A DNA stretch of 63,963 nucleotides, filler included, from Intoshia linei (taxonomy: Eukaryota; Animalia; Orthonectida), in the NCBI GenBank assembly GCA_001642005.1. It is 9 parts of 9 records of this genome, joined end to end, with 100 filler letters (N's around TTAATTAATTAA, not from the genome) between each part and the next. Parts side by side here need not be neighbours in the genome. Positions count along the whole stretch, not along the records: positions 11,542 to 26,027 come from LWCA01000955.1; positions 26,128 to 30,775 come from LWCA01001895.1; 7 more parts are not named here. One strand, given 5' to 3'. Of the stretch, positions 15,218 through 29,398 are shown one piece after another. Each line of letters opens with the position of its first letter. Within the stretch, counting starts at the first letter, position 1. Under the pieces are notes generated by a model. The model made no database searches. It was not told the origin of the DNA and saw only the letters and a program-made list of their open reading frames with translations. The position numbers and the translations under genes are program-made.

Positions 15218-18200
15218 TTATTGAATCTTGTTAAATTTAAATTTTAAATGTTTATACTTTTTCATCAATGAATGATATGCCATCTAAAATTATTACATAT
15301 AAAATTTAAATAAAATTTTTTACTTTTGCAATAGCCACCTTTCTACTCCAAATTTTCATTTCTTTATTAATTTGATAAATTTTACTATTTAATGTTACAT
15401 ATTCAGTAACTTGTGGTACTTGGTACAGAGAAAGTTTATTTTTTAGGTTTTTATTTATTTTATCTGCTTTCGTAAGTTCCTTAATTTAAAAATGTTATTT
15501 TATTTTTAACCATTGTTACTTTATTAACCGTTATATTTTCCTCGTCGATTCTACAAATTAAGTCTTTTCGGGTTCTAATTTCAGTGTCCAATTGTCTGGC
15601 TTGAATTAATAACTTGTCTAGTTTTTTCTAAATGTAAAATTTTCAAAAATTTAGCAAATATTGGTAATGTTCAGCTAACCATATTAGATCATTGAATATT
15701 TAGAAAAGACGTAGAAACCAAAAATCACAAAATAATACATTTTTAAGTAAATTTACAGGTCACATGGGATGTGAAATACGCCCTAAAGTATTCATTAATA
15801 TTCATTAGGTTTAGATATGCTCATATATAGGCTATATCACATACGTTGGGAACCACTGTACTATATTATATGCATTAAAAACCCTGTGACTGTTCAAAAT
15901 GGCATGCGTGTTTCCAGCCATCAATTTAAGTCTCAAAAGCTCTTGGTTTAATTCTTCCATTTTAGTCATGTATTGTTTGTTTTCTATCTTCAATTGACTA
16001 AAATCCACTTCGTGTAAGCTTTCTCCAAGGGCTTCTTTCTATTACATCAATTTTTTTCAAATATAAAAAACCTGTAATAAATTATTTGAAGCTTTATTTT
16101 TTTGAATTTTTAGTGCAACATGTTTAAGTCGCAATTTTTCGATTGTGGATTCCTAAAATTATTCAAATTCAAAAAATATTTAAATTAAACCTCTTTTCTG
16201 GTTTTATCCGTAATAAATTTGATAATTTTTGAACTACTAATGGGTTTAAACTTTTTACCCACTTCTGGAGGTTTCATCATTCTTCCAACTTCACGGTTAA
16301 ATTCAAATTGAATTTTATAATTGTCAATTATCCGTATTTCTAATTCTTCAATTGAAGCCTTCAAATTTTAATTATCAAAAATTTTTCAAAATACAGTATT
16401 CTCACTATAACTCCCTATTCTTGGGATTTAGAAAAAGTTATTATTATTATTATATATTATGAACATTTTTTACCAAACTGTCAATAGGGAATTTTCAGAT
16501 TATAGTTTTACCAACCTTAATGGAGTTTTTTTTAAATTTTTTTTACCAATCTTTAAATAATTTTTTGAAGATTATTTTTTAACAAATCTTATAGGGAGAT
16601 TTTTGAAGATTATTTTTTTACCATCCTTAAATGAGTTTTTTTAAATTTTTTTTCAACAAATCTTATAACTAAGGTTTTTGAAAATTTTTTTACCAAATCA
16701 AAATTTTAAAAGGGGAGGTTTTTGAAGATTATTTTTTAACCAATCTTTAAATTTAAAGGGCAGATTTTTTGAACATTTTTTTACAAATCTTATAACCAGG
16801 GTTTTTGAAAATTTTTTTACCAAATCAAAATTTTAAAAGGGGAGGTTTTTGAAGATTATTTTTTTACCATCCTTAACCCTTTCACTGTCTGTGTATTCTA
16901 TACTATACACAGCAATTTCACTTCACACGTCTGTGTATTCTATGATATACACAGCATAATTTGAAAAACTTTAATTTTTTTATTTTCATACAGGTAATTT
17001 AAAAATAATACAAGTTTAGATTAAAACATGAATTCCAGATGTTTGGTGATAGTACATAAAATTGCATCAGACAGTGAAAAGGGTTAAAGGTAGTTTTTTT
17101 TAAATTTTTTTACCAAACCAGAATTTTAATAAGGGAGGTTTTTAAAGATTATTTTAAACAAATTTTGTAGGAGGGTTTTTGAAGATAATTTTTTTATCAA
17201 ACCTTAGAGGAGGATTTTTTAACAAAGCCCTTGAAGAGAAATTTTCAAAAAATAAGCTAAAAATTCTGCTACAAGGGTTTGGCTAAAAAATCTTGCCAAC
17301 CTTTTACTTTAAAGTTTGATAAAAAAAATATTCTAAAAATTCGATTTTGACAGTTTGGCAAAGATAATGTTCGTAATATATAATTGTATTATGAAAATTG
17401 ACTTATTTATATAAAATTAAATATTTTTTTAATTCATTGGACTGTCTGCAATTTGACCTGATGTAGTGCTTCCCAAACTAATGCGCCGCGGCGCTTTAGG
17501 GCACTGGCAGCTGTATCCGATTTTTCTGTAATTATCATTCAAACTTTTAATTAGAAAAAAAAATTATTGCATTTAAGGAGACATTTATTAAAAAAGTTTG
17601 AGAACGACTGTGATAATACACATTTTCAAATATATAAATATATATTCAATGTATAAGTGCGCCGCGAACATAAAAAGTTTGGTAAGCAGTAACCTCGTAC
17701 ATATTGGTTAAAAAATTTGAAATTTACCTTTATATAATCAATTCTTTCATCTGCTTCAGCCGTAATTTTTTTTAATTTAACCTTGTCAAAGTTTACTTCT
17801 TTTTGAGCAATTTCATATTTTTGTTCAAAAGTTAGTTTGTGAGTTCTTTCATTTGAACTATAACTCCTACTGCGAGATTTTCGTTTACTTCCGCGTTGTT
17901 GTACGGTATTTAAGAGTGGTCCAATTGATTCACCACCATCATCCGTTACATTGGAATCGTTTCGTTTGTGAAAAGGATATTTATCTGTCGACGAAGCTGT
18001 ATTTATAGTAGTTTGTGACGAATCTACTCCTGCATTTTTAGTCAATTTCGTCTTAACAAATTCATCATCTTCTAAACGTTTTAAAAAATTTTCAAATATT
18101 CTAATTTCCTTCTCCATTAAATCAGACTCTATTCTGAATAAATTTGTTAATACAGTATATATTGTATTAAATGAATTTATACCCCAATGCATCAATTTCA

Positions 18201-18295
18201 TTCGCCAAATCTACGTCAGTTAGGGTATGCAAACTCTCATTTTGTTCACTGAAACTAGTGTCGTTACTTTTTGACAATTCTTCGTCAGTCGGCAT
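15218..18295 (-). CDS. CCDC113: ciliary coiled-coil protein CCDC113/CFAP263
   Basis: EALGESLHEVDFSQLKIENKQY..NQELLRLKLMAGNT and YQVPQVTEYV..IWSRKVAIAK|M match the CCDC113/CCDC96 (DUF4201) pattern; ATG 18293-18295, stop 15218-15220. Confidence 0.8.
16447..17385. mobile_element. foldback-like element with ~35-bp imperfect TIRs and an internal ~30-bp minisatellite (TTTTACCAA..GAGGTTTTTGAAGATT), in a CCDC113 intron
   Basis: Ends ATTATATATTATGAACATT..CCAAACTGTCAA and its imperfect reverse complement at ~17348-17385; similar TTGGTAAAAT arrays at ~52420-52620 and ~53020-53390. Confidence 0.6.
16877..17083. mobile_element. piggyBac-type MITE nested in the minisatellite element
   Basis: TTAA|CCCTTTCACTGTCTG ... 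CAGACAGTGAAAAGGG|TTAA. Confidence 0.85.
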
Positions 18296-18368
18296 ACTTT
18301 TGTATTTTTAGAAATTAGGTTAATGTTTATACAAGCTTGGAAACAATTTATTTTACATAAATATAATA

Positions 18369-21300
18369 TTAGTGTTTCTTGCGTGAATTTAGTGCTAGGT
18401 TAATTTTGTTGGTTATTTCATTTTGAAGTTTGGATAAAATATGCGGTGTGAGTAGGTTGTATTTTACTATATATTCCATTACTGATTGGTTGTTTTTGAT
18501 CGGTGGAATTTTCTGATCAGTCACTTTTAATTGATTTCGAAAATTGGTCTCTGAAAATTTTGCGTATTTCATTTTATTGAATCTGGTTTTTAGTAAATTT
18601 TCACTTTTTGAAAAGAAACTACTTAAATTGTTTATTCCGGCGTTAATTACAGAATCTAATTCCGTTCTAATTAATTTTACATCATATGAATCACAAAAAT
18701 GACTAGGGAATCTACAACTTAACCATAAATATAGGTCCAATACATCATAGACGTTTTCCAATACGTTTAAATCGTGTAAGCTTTCTGGCACGTAGAATGG
18801 CCAATTTATTTGAGTTTTTAACCATTCGTATGATATAATTTCGTTTTTACTAAATCTTCGTGCCATCTAAATGTTTATTATAGAAATTTAAAAATGCATG
18901 TTATCAATATTTCTATATTAGTGACATAAAGTTGAGTTTTAAGATTAATTTAAAAAAGAGGGTTTGGAGTAATTTTTTTTCTAACTTCAGACCTTTTTTC
19001 GTTTATACAAAATTTAAAAATGCATTTTAACGATTAATGTATTTCTTGACCAAACCAGAAGTATATATGGTTAAGTTGTGGTACTTTGTTCCAAAGTTCG
19101 GAACAAAGTATTTGAAATCCAAACACAGCAAATTAAATTGTTCTAGATCATTCACCTTATTTTTGGCGAATATATAAGATTGTACCTTTAATAAACTATT
19201 GCAGACAAATTGTTGTTTTTTAGATATAGGAGATCTACAAAATTGATATCGCGATTTGAGGTCCAATGGTAAATGTTCCAACAAATCAGCAATATATTTA
19301 AAATCATCAGCCCGACACATGAAAAATTTTTCATTATCAGTTTTTGACATTTTCAAAAAAATGTCCTAAATTAACAATATAATAAAAATATATCAAAATA
19401 AAACTATTGACTTACAAAAATATTTGATAAAGTCAAATTTGGTAAATGATAAGCAAACATTTCAATTTGTTCCGCGGTAGGTTGAATCCCAGCTTTCTAA
19501 AAAGTATACATAAATGTATATTAAATTTTATTACTCATTTAAGACTGCGAAAGCGTCAACAAGTCAATTTTAGGTAGATTTTATCCTAGTCAAAAATATT
19601 ATAGAGGAATGTATAGAATTTTCAAAATATTTGTTGATATTGTGGATGTCAATTTCAGAGATTCACATTTAAAAATAAAACTGATCAAGTATTCAAATTT
19701 TGTTAAAATTTTAGGATTATTAGTCCCTGAATAAATTCCCAAACTGACACTTAAAATTATATACAAGGATAATGAAAAAACCTCTAGTGGTTCAATGTTG
19801 AGAGATAATAGTTCAATTAAATCCAAGAGATGAGATTGGTGAAAGGTTGTAACATATCCAATTTTATGATCACTACGAAATCGACCCGCTCTACCAGAAA
19901 TTTGTTTAGCTACGGATGGTGTTAATTGTTCTATATCAGTTTCTCCTTTTGTGTTTATATTGGGTTTCAATAACGAATAAAATATAATTCTTTTTATGTT
20001 TCTATTATATTAATTACTATTAATATCACATAATCATTGATCATAATTATTACAACCTAAAAATGAAAAAAAATAAAAAATAGTTTAAATCCATGTTCAA
20101 CCGGATTAACACCACGTAATATAACGTCATAAGTCATGATCAAACCGAATATAATTATTAATATACAAGTTAATCCCCATTCCAATTGCGTCGGTAGCTA
20201 CCATAATATTATAATCATTTGATTCGTTAAACTTCAAAGATTGAGCATATTTTGTACCTAAATGTAGATATTAACCATATATGGAGTTTTTAATTCAAAG
20301 TTGAAAATGGTGATTTAGGTCATTTCTGCATAACGAATAAATAACAGAATTATATATTCCAAGTTGGAAATCAAAATGTATAAAAAATGTTTTAGAGTAA
20401 TCTTCTATATTATTTAGATAAAGATACAGTTTCTATGCAATCCCAGAAATTTTCATCTACTCGTCAAAACCACAAATTTCATTATTTTTAAATTATAGAA
20501 ATTTATAGTTTCGAAACAAAAAAAAATAATAATAAAGTGCTTTTTGACCGTGAAAGCGTTACATTGTCAGATTAAATATTTTTTTATAATATTAAATGTC
20601 AACTGTAATTTTTTTTAAAATTCTAGGACTTCATTTTTTAAAAAAGGTAATCTGGGATTTTTTATAATTAAAAAAAAGCAAGACTAATTTCAGGTTTTGG
20701 TCGTGGAAGATGTAAGATTTTGAAATCTTTATTGGATTGTGTATATTTTATAATTCTGTGAATCGTTAGAATTTTAAAGAAAGGATAATTAGGGGATTTG
20801 ACCTTGAAGAACTCAATTTCTAAAAATGAAATTTGCGCTAAAACATCACCCTCAAAAAACTGTAATAGAAATATAAAATTTTGGAATATGTGACTCATCC
20901 TAATTTTTTAAATAAACTGGAACAGACATACATTTTGTACATTTCTAACTACCGTAATATTACTTTAAATATTAGTGGTCTCAGAATTTAAACGAGGAAA
21001 TTGAAACTTTCCAATTCATATTTTGAAATTCTTAGAAGGGGTTTTATTAAAAATTAAAATGAAAGAATTGAAAATTTAAAAGTTGGCATCTCAGAAATTT
21101 GAAAATACCTGGAGGTAGAGTGCCATAAATGACACAATTTTTAGTTTTCAACTTTTCCAATTCGACGTTAACCTTATAAATATCTGATTTTGAGAAACAA
21201 ACAATACAATCGCCAGGTTGAACATTAGCAAGTGAAACTATGAACGAATATAATGTACAATAAATGTGTATTACTAACCTAAAGCTTTTTTGTCGATTTT

Positions 21301-22575
21301 AAGAGGAGTCAGTCTTTTATAGGTATGCACTTCAAACTCGTCTCCACAATCGATTGTCAAGCTTTTAATTAAATTGATCGCAGATTCGTCCCCACAGACA
21401 TGCAATTCCTGGGCACATAAGCCTAAATGTGAACAATATAGTAGAGCGCGTGCGTATACATGTATAAACAATTACCTAAAAAAACACGCGTCCAAGCCCA
21501 ACCTATTTGAAAAAAATTGAAATATAAAAATTAAATCTAAAAAACCCCTTCCGGGATCAGAAATCATTTGAATTTCATCAATAATAGCAACATCATCTAA
21601 AAATTATTAAAAATCCTGTAATCAAAGTAAATCACATTGACAGAGTAGATTAGTCATTTCAACAGTACAAGAAATGTGTTTAGATTCAACTGAATCAGTA
21701 TTAGCGAATAAACGTTCTTCTCCCGTAATTAGATCGCAATTAATTTTCTAAACGTAAATAAACGTTTAACAAAATTGAATTTACATTTGAATTCATTTTT
21801 CGATAAATTTCGTTGGCCAGTAACCTCAAAGGAGCACAATACACTCCACTTTCTGAATCGTACAATTTCTTAAGAGCATTGTGAGTTTTACCACTGTTGG
21901 TTGGACCGGCATGGTAAATAATTTTTCTCTTAATTTTCCTAGCTTCAGAATACCACGAACTAGGTTTAGTTAAATCTGCAACAATAAGCAAATCCTCCAT
22001 GCAATCCAAATGCGGAAACATTTGTTTAGCATGTGATAAAAAATAGGGAAATAAACTATCCACATGACCTGGGAAAAATATATTAATATTAATTGGGATA
22101 AGTCAAATGTTACATTTTTCCAATAGAATTTCATCAATAATAATATTAATGTCATCTGGCAGTTGAGTCGATTCTTTGATAAATTTTTTAAAGCTATTGT
22201 AAACTTGTGGAAATAACACGGCTAAAATAAACGTCAAATCAAACCATGAAACAAATTTAACAATCAATTTTGTGCTGTGAAGCTAATTTCATAATGTTGG
22301 TTGTGGAACGAAATAATTCGAGCTTTTTATTTAATCTACCTAAACATATTTGACAATATTTCAAATTTACCTTGATCAATTTTAATTCTGTTTGGGGAAT
22401 TTTTTACAATAGGTGCAACGTTGACAGGCTTAAACAAGTCTGTGAAATTATTCGAAAAACACCGACCGTAGTAGCCACTGTCCAGATTTTTATTGTTCAT
22501 GATCAGTTTGTGGTAGACACTTGTCTTGTTTAAAATGCGATAAACGTTTAATACGCGTCTTTTCATTAGTAACAT
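18369..22575 (-). CDS. SUPV3L1: mitochondrial RNA helicase SUV3
   Basis: [71 protein letters not shown]. Confidence 0.95.
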
Positions 22576-22638
22576 GAGGAATATAAATTATACTTTATCG
22601 CTCGTATCTCTTGAGAATACAGATTAAAGATTTATTAG

Positions 22639-23679
22639 TTAACAAATTTTTTTTAGTGATGTTCCGTGTTCTTTACGAGCATTTTCTTGTATTAAAGCTA
22701 GATTTACATCTTCTAAAGGTAATTGAATAAATGATATACAAGATCCACGGACAAAAGAATTTCTTGTTGAAAGCTAAATTCAATAAAATTAGATAAAATG
22801 TACTACGATGGTTAGAGGTAGGGGTGTGAATTTTAGTAGTTTTTTTGAAAATTTTATGGTGCAGGAACGGATAAAGTCGGGTATGACAATTTTATGGCTA
22901 CACTGAAAAAAAATGATTTTGGAGAATTTTTTGTCAATACGCTACCATTTTAAAAATGTTCTACAAAAACTAAAATATAACTTTATTTAATGAAATGAAC
23001 AACCAAACATGACGATCAACACAAGACCACTCAAAATATAGTCAACACATTCGATGGTATAATTCTATTAAATAAAGTTGTATTTTAATTATTTAATTAT
23101 TAATTTAAAATTGCAAGCGTCTCAACAAATTCTTATCTAATTTAAATAATTTTTTTGTATTGTCATTTTTGATTAATTACTCAACTTTTTCCGATCCAGA
23201 ACTTAATTTTTAAAATTTTGTGACATTCCTAACGATGGCATCTTATTTACATGTCATTAATTAATGACATGCTGTAAATACTGGTAACAGATAGTCTTTT
23301 TAAATTTGATGCGGCTTCCCAATAAAATAAAAGATTTTATTATTTTAGGATAAGTTAAAAAATTAAAAGTTAAAAATCGTCAAAACCAAAAAAATAAATA
23401 ATTGTTTCCTTGATCATAATAAAAACATTATAATTACCATATGAGGGAATTTCTCTATATCCACCGAAATTTCATTCAATTTAAAATTCATGTACTGATC
23501 AACACTGGAAAGTATGCCAGTTATCCTATATTGTATAAAAAAACAAAAACATAAAATAATTACACCATATCATTTTTAAGTTCAATTATAATTTGTTTCC
23601 CAATTAGCCCTTTAAAAAATGGAAGATAAAACTAAAAATTAAAATCATTTTAAAAAAATATAAAATTCAACTTTACCAT
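22639..23679 (-). CDS. LSM2: U6 snRNA-associated Sm-like protein LSm2 (4 exons)
   Basis: M|FYLPFFKGLIGKQIIIELKNDMV|ITGILSSVDQYMNFKL..KFPHM|LSTRNSFVRGS..QLP..QENARKE; absent from the ORF track. Confidence 0.9.
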
Positions 23680-23739
23680 AATTCTATTGACGATAAATGG
23701 ATACCTTAAATAAAATAAACTTTACTTTAATTTATTAAA

Positions 23740-24367
23740 ATGGAAATTGACTTGTTAATTCAAAACCAAATCAGAACCACCAAATTAGAGCCTAAAATGG
23801 CATCACATTTCGATCCATACGATATGAATGGAGGGTAATAATACTTTTAAATATTTTATTGGCGAATGTAACGTTTTCCTTACATACACAATGTGTTTTA
23901 GTTTATTTTTATTTTTTTTCAAATTTTCTGTAATTTTATCAAGTTGATATCAAATTATGTGAATATTAAATATTTAATTTACAAAAGTCGACACAATGTA
24001 TATATAGTTGAAATTTGAATTTTTAAACAGGTTTGTATGGCATACAAAGTATTCCCTCACAATGTTATCCATATTACATACCATTATCTATATTTTTTCC
24101 ATTTTATTTATATATTTATAATTTGTTTTGTTAGATCCGTGGTTGCTATTTCAGGTGATAATTTTGCCATTATTGGATCGGATACTCGATTAAGTCAAAG
24201 TTACAATATTCTTTCTCGGAATGTACCCAAAATAAGTACAATGTAATTTTATATGCATATATTTTTATATAAATTTATTTTGTAGAGGTAATGATATTGC
24301 GATTGGAATGTCTGGATTTCATGGGGATATTATTACGTTTAAAAAAAAAATTAAAAGTATTGTGAAG
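23740..24367 (+). CDS. PSMB1: 20S proteasome subunit beta type-1 (beta6), first three exons; rest not in contig
   Basis: FDPYDMNGG|SVVAISGDNFAIIGSDTRLS..|GMSGFHGD. Confidence 0.88.
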
Positions 24368-25019
24368 GTATAGATCATTATTTTTAACGGTATCTTATGT
24401 ATAATAATAGGGTTCACATTAGTGCTCGCAATCGGGAAAAATTTTTCGATTAATTTTTTATCTATAAATAAACATTTTTTATCTATTAATTTTGGCAAAA
24501 ATTCAATTTTAGCAATTTTTTTGAGAAAAATCGAATTTTAACAACCCGTGAAAAAAAATTTTTTCAAAATGGAATGATAAACTATGAGTGTCTACTTAAA
24601 TTCAACCATTTTTGCTAAAAATCAAAATTTACTAACACTAACAGGAAAAATTCAGTTTAAACAACCGTTAAAGGAAAAATCCGGTTTCACCAACCCTAAA
24701 AAGAAAATTCTAGTTTTAGTTATCTGGTGTGAACACCATGGAATATTTCTAATTTTTTTGTAAAATGGTATTTTAATATTTCAGTTTTAACTTGGGTCTT
24801 TAGTGGATGATATAACTCAAAAACTCGATTTTTCCTAATCGAAACATTACTGTACTGCGATTTGTCTAGTTCCATCTTCTATTCAAAAGACCCAAAATTA
24901 AGTTATTTGACATGAGTAACAAACAAAATTATTATAATTAAAGATTTATTATAGTAATTATTATAAAGTATTAAAATTTTACATTACAATAATTAATAAG
25001 AACACATTAGTATAATTAT

Positions 25020-26027
25020 ACTAATTTGTTCTTTCTTGTTTATTTTCAATTATTTCTAAAAACCGAGGAATTTTGTTACTCAATGCAATTCTTAGGTCGT
25101 GAGATGCATTAAGTCGGTTTCTGTATTTGTTTTTGAGATATAGTAAACTAGAAAATCCTTTTTTACACAAATATGTAGTGGAAAATTAAATAAGGACATT
25201 TAATGCCTTGGTAGATAGATTAGGATAAGTGGACAATTGTGAACTCCAAAATAATTGCAAACATTGGTCATCGAATTTCATTTTAATCAAAGAATTAAAT
25301 CTTTTATCAATGTATAATCTGTCAAATGATTTAATTTAAATAAAAATGGATCGCGTATCCAAAAATTGCAAGTTCTCAAATGAAATAGATAATGAGCTTA
25401 ATGTATTAAGATTGCCAATTTTACGTTTTTATTGAAAGGTTTCGATTCTTTCATTTTTCATCTAAGCTAGGAAGCCTAGATACGTTTTCATGTTTAATAT
25501 TGTCTTCCCACAATGATATTTTATCTTTAAATACATTTAGCTTTTCATACGCCAATATTACGTTCATATTTTTGCTTTGAAGAAAAATATTTACATCGTT
25601 CAATTTGCAAAAAATATCAGTTAAATATGCTAAAAATTGTTCAAATTCCAATGAATCTGGAAACATTATATCAATATTTTGTTCTTTTATAAATTCTTTA
25701 ATTTCTATTCGTAGCTCAAATACTAATAATAAAAAGAAATTTTAATATTAGTCATACGTAATTATAACATTTGGTATTTTCTTTTTGATCAGAGCTGCAA
25801 AACCAAATTTATTGCCTAACATGGCAGGTGCCCCATCTGTACAATCAGAACCTATACAACAAATATCCAAATCATGATCAATAAAGAACTGGCATAACAA
25901 ATTGAATACGTTCTGTGCTTTAGAAGTTAAATTTAATGTTTTACAAAATAAAAACTCCTCTGTGATATTTCCGTCTTCAATAAATCTAACAAGAGCAATT
26001 AATTGACAGCAATTGGCAACATCTGTA
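25020..26027 (-). mobile_element. decayed hAT Buster/Charlie transposase in a PSMB1 intron
   Basis: TDVANCCQLIALVRF..EEFLFC, CTDGAPAMLG, LAYLTDIF, STTYLC..FS..KNKYRNRL; stops and frameshifts. Confidence 0.88.
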
Positions 26028-27449
26028 NNNNNNNNNNNNNNNNNNNNNNNNNNNNNNNNNNNNNNNNNNNNTTAATTAATTAANNNNNNNNNNNNNNNNN
26101 NNNNNNNNNNNNNNNNNNNNNNNNNNNGATCACTATAGATTTTATCACTATAAGTTTTATTATACTAATAAAATACATCAAAGGAAATTGACTTGTAGAT
26201 CTACAATACGTTATGCATTTAAGTGTTAATAAATATTTTATTAATGCAGTGATACTTGAGGATAGTGCAAAAACAATAGTTTCATTAATTCATGGTTAAC
26301 TTTCTAGAGGACTAACTGTATTTTGTTAACCTTAACATTATTAAATTTAAAACTACATTATTAAATTTGAAACTGTAGTAATAAGTATCATTCCATTTAA
26401 TATACACATTTAAGGTCAATAATCTCTTATTTAAATCAAAATTCAACATTACATCAAGAATCAACAATATTGAAATGCTACAACCTTCAATAATTATTAT
26501 TTGAATAATTTTATTAGTCAATCTCACTCAATGTCATTGATAATTGGCTTTTATTGTTAATGCTTTTTTAGGGAATTATAAATTGTGGTAATATAGTTTA
26601 ACTAAAATATTTTTAAACGGCGTCGTCCAATGGAAGAATGAAAAACGCAAAAAACCGGTGTATATTTTAAAAAATGTAAATTCTCTAAATGCTATATCCT
26701 AATTATGTTATACACACATTATGTATAAAGTACATTTGTATATCTGAGTTTTTAAAACTGAGGCCTAAATTTCTAAAAAATTTGGTGAATAATCAAATTG
26801 AAATTGTTATTTTGAATTTATTTTTTGAAAACTATTTTTTTTGATTTGATAATGCCCAAAATTTTAAGAATCCTTGTTTAGCTGACTTAGTGGTTTTATT
26901 TGTTTGTCACTAAATAAATACTTAAAATTAAACTTGGTATTAAATATTAAATAGTTTTGTGAGATGAATTGAAATTTGACATTGGTTAACCTTTAATTCA
27001 TCTTATTTTTTGAAATTTAACATAAAATTAATAGCATCATATACAACTACAATATATATTTTAAAAATACCTCCTTTTTCTAATTTTTGATAAGTCTTTT
27101 TATCAATTGTTTTAGGAGACATTTTAATCCCTATAATATCTTTGAAACTAATTTATAATCCTTTACAATTATTAAATTTACACAATATAAAATTTAAATT
27201 TTTTCTACAATTTAAAACTAATGTTTTAAAAAATAAATATCAATGAGAATTACAAATATTTTAAACTGTTTGCTTATTTTAACTTACAGGTGTGTACATA
27301 ATTCTAATGTTTCCTTATAAGATCCAACTTTGTAAATACATTTAATTGTGTTTTTAACTGAAAATTTTATTTTTATTTTACCCTTTGTTTATTTACGGTG
27401 ATTTATTTTTTTTTTCTGTACAATCTTAATTTTTATATACAATTTATAT

Positions 27450-27789
27450 CAGGGGTGTCAGACTCAATTTGCTTGGCGCGCCAAATGTGAAAAAAATATT
27501 ACGCGGGCCGCACAAAAAAAATTATGTAAAAACTAACAGATTTAATTTATTTATAATAATTTTAATTCATAAAGTAAAATATGAAACAAAAATAGAATAA
27601 ATGTAAAAATAATGTTAAAATTGTAATAATGAATAAATATATCATGAAAAATATATGAAAAAATTGTAAAATAAGAAATATGTGTAAAAAATTGTTATAA
27701 AAAAATAAAAATGTATATTATAACGCGGGACGCACATTCCATAATTGGGGGCCGGAAATGGCCCGAGGGTCGCATAATTGACACCCCTG
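27450..27789. mobile_element. hAT MITE
   Basis: TIR CAGGGGTGTCA / TGACACCCCTG; perfect 8-bp TSD ATTTATAT; second copy at 52668-53013. Confidence 0.9.
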
Positions 27790-29398
27790 ATTTATATAAA
27801 AACATATATCATATTTTTTTAATATATTATTTAAATACTTTTATGTATATGGATAAATTTTTATACGATCTAAAATTTTTAAAGCAATTTCATCGACTGT
27901 TCACAGTCTTGTTCACGGCAACAATTGGAGTAGCTATTTTTTTGTAAAAAATTTTTAAAAATTTTCTAGACACTCCAAAGTTTGTTTATTTAATACACAC
28001 CATAATTTTAGATCAACTGGAGATAAATAAAAAAGTATTAATGTAAATTGTACAAATACAGATGGGCTTTGATAATCTTTCATTGTTTTCTTTTACAGTA
28101 AGTTTTCTAATGTTTAATTTTCATAGATATATGGCTCAGAAACTTTATTCCTTTATCAGTAAATTAACTTTATCTAAAAATGAGATATATCATCACCTCT
28201 AGGGTTTTAATCTTTCTAGACTATGATATAAGTTGATTCTGAACCAAATAATTGTTACGTGGTCGATGGAAACCAAAAAAATTGAGGTCGATGAATTAAC
28301 GAAATTAGTAGGAGATTCGACTAATTAGATTAAAAAATATTTAATTTCCCTGTCTAAGATATTCACGATATTAAGAATGCCATCACATATTCATAAAATA
28401 TTTTTCTTAAATTTCAAGGTTATTTGTATTTACATTGATACAACATAATTAGAATAAAAAATAAATAAATGGAAAACTTTTTGTATAATATATGAAGCTA
28501 TCAATTTTGATAACTTGGTTGGATTTGTGAATCTTTAAAAGATTAACTTTAATTTTACCCCAAAAAACGAAATAATAATACAACCTTTTAACATTTTATA
28601 GTCTAGAACAGGGATTTTCAACATTTTTAGAACTATCGCCCCATAAATAAAAAAAAATATATTTTTTTAAAATTATCACCCTTCCCAAAAAATTTATCAT
28701 GGGTTCTTTAATAATTAAAAACTATCAAAAAATGTTCAAATTAATACTTTTGTGCATTATAATAATTTTTGATACAGTATATTTAGACGCATTTTTAAAA
28801 TTAGTGTTTTAACAAATTGCTTGCTTGTTAAGTTGACTTCATTTTTCTCATAATAACAGTATTTTTATGTGACTTTGCAGAAATGAAATAGAAACGAATC
28901 AAACAAAAAAACTATAATCTCAAAATTATGTCTAAAATATCAGAAGCAACACAATTTAATATTTTAAAATTTACTTATTTAAATTTGTTAATAAGAAAAT
29001 AATACATCTATCATGTGTATCAATGTATCAATCTGAAAATGAATTTACTTTGAAAATAAACCGCCCCAATATTAAAAAATTGCCCAACATGGGCGATATC
29101 GCCCACGTTGATCCGAAAAAAAATTGAGAAACACTGATATAAATCATGACATGTAAGTTTAAGCTATATTAATTTATCGTATCCAATTAACACAAATAAT
29201 TTACAATGTTAATACCATTTAAATTTTGTAGAAGTGAAACTAACAAACTGATAATTATCAGTTAATTACTACAATTTATTGAATTAATTGTAATGAAATA
29301 AATACATGTAGTAATTATAGTACTATAGTAACACACAGTAGTTCATTGTATAGTGTTGGTGTAGAAACTGTTACACAAAATAAAATTAGTCAAACCTA

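Noticed and set aside
26312-28400. Short ORFs and coding-like minus-strand fragments
   Set aside because: Interrupted by stops and frameshifts with no recognisable motif; ORF 27711-27947 starts inside a MITE
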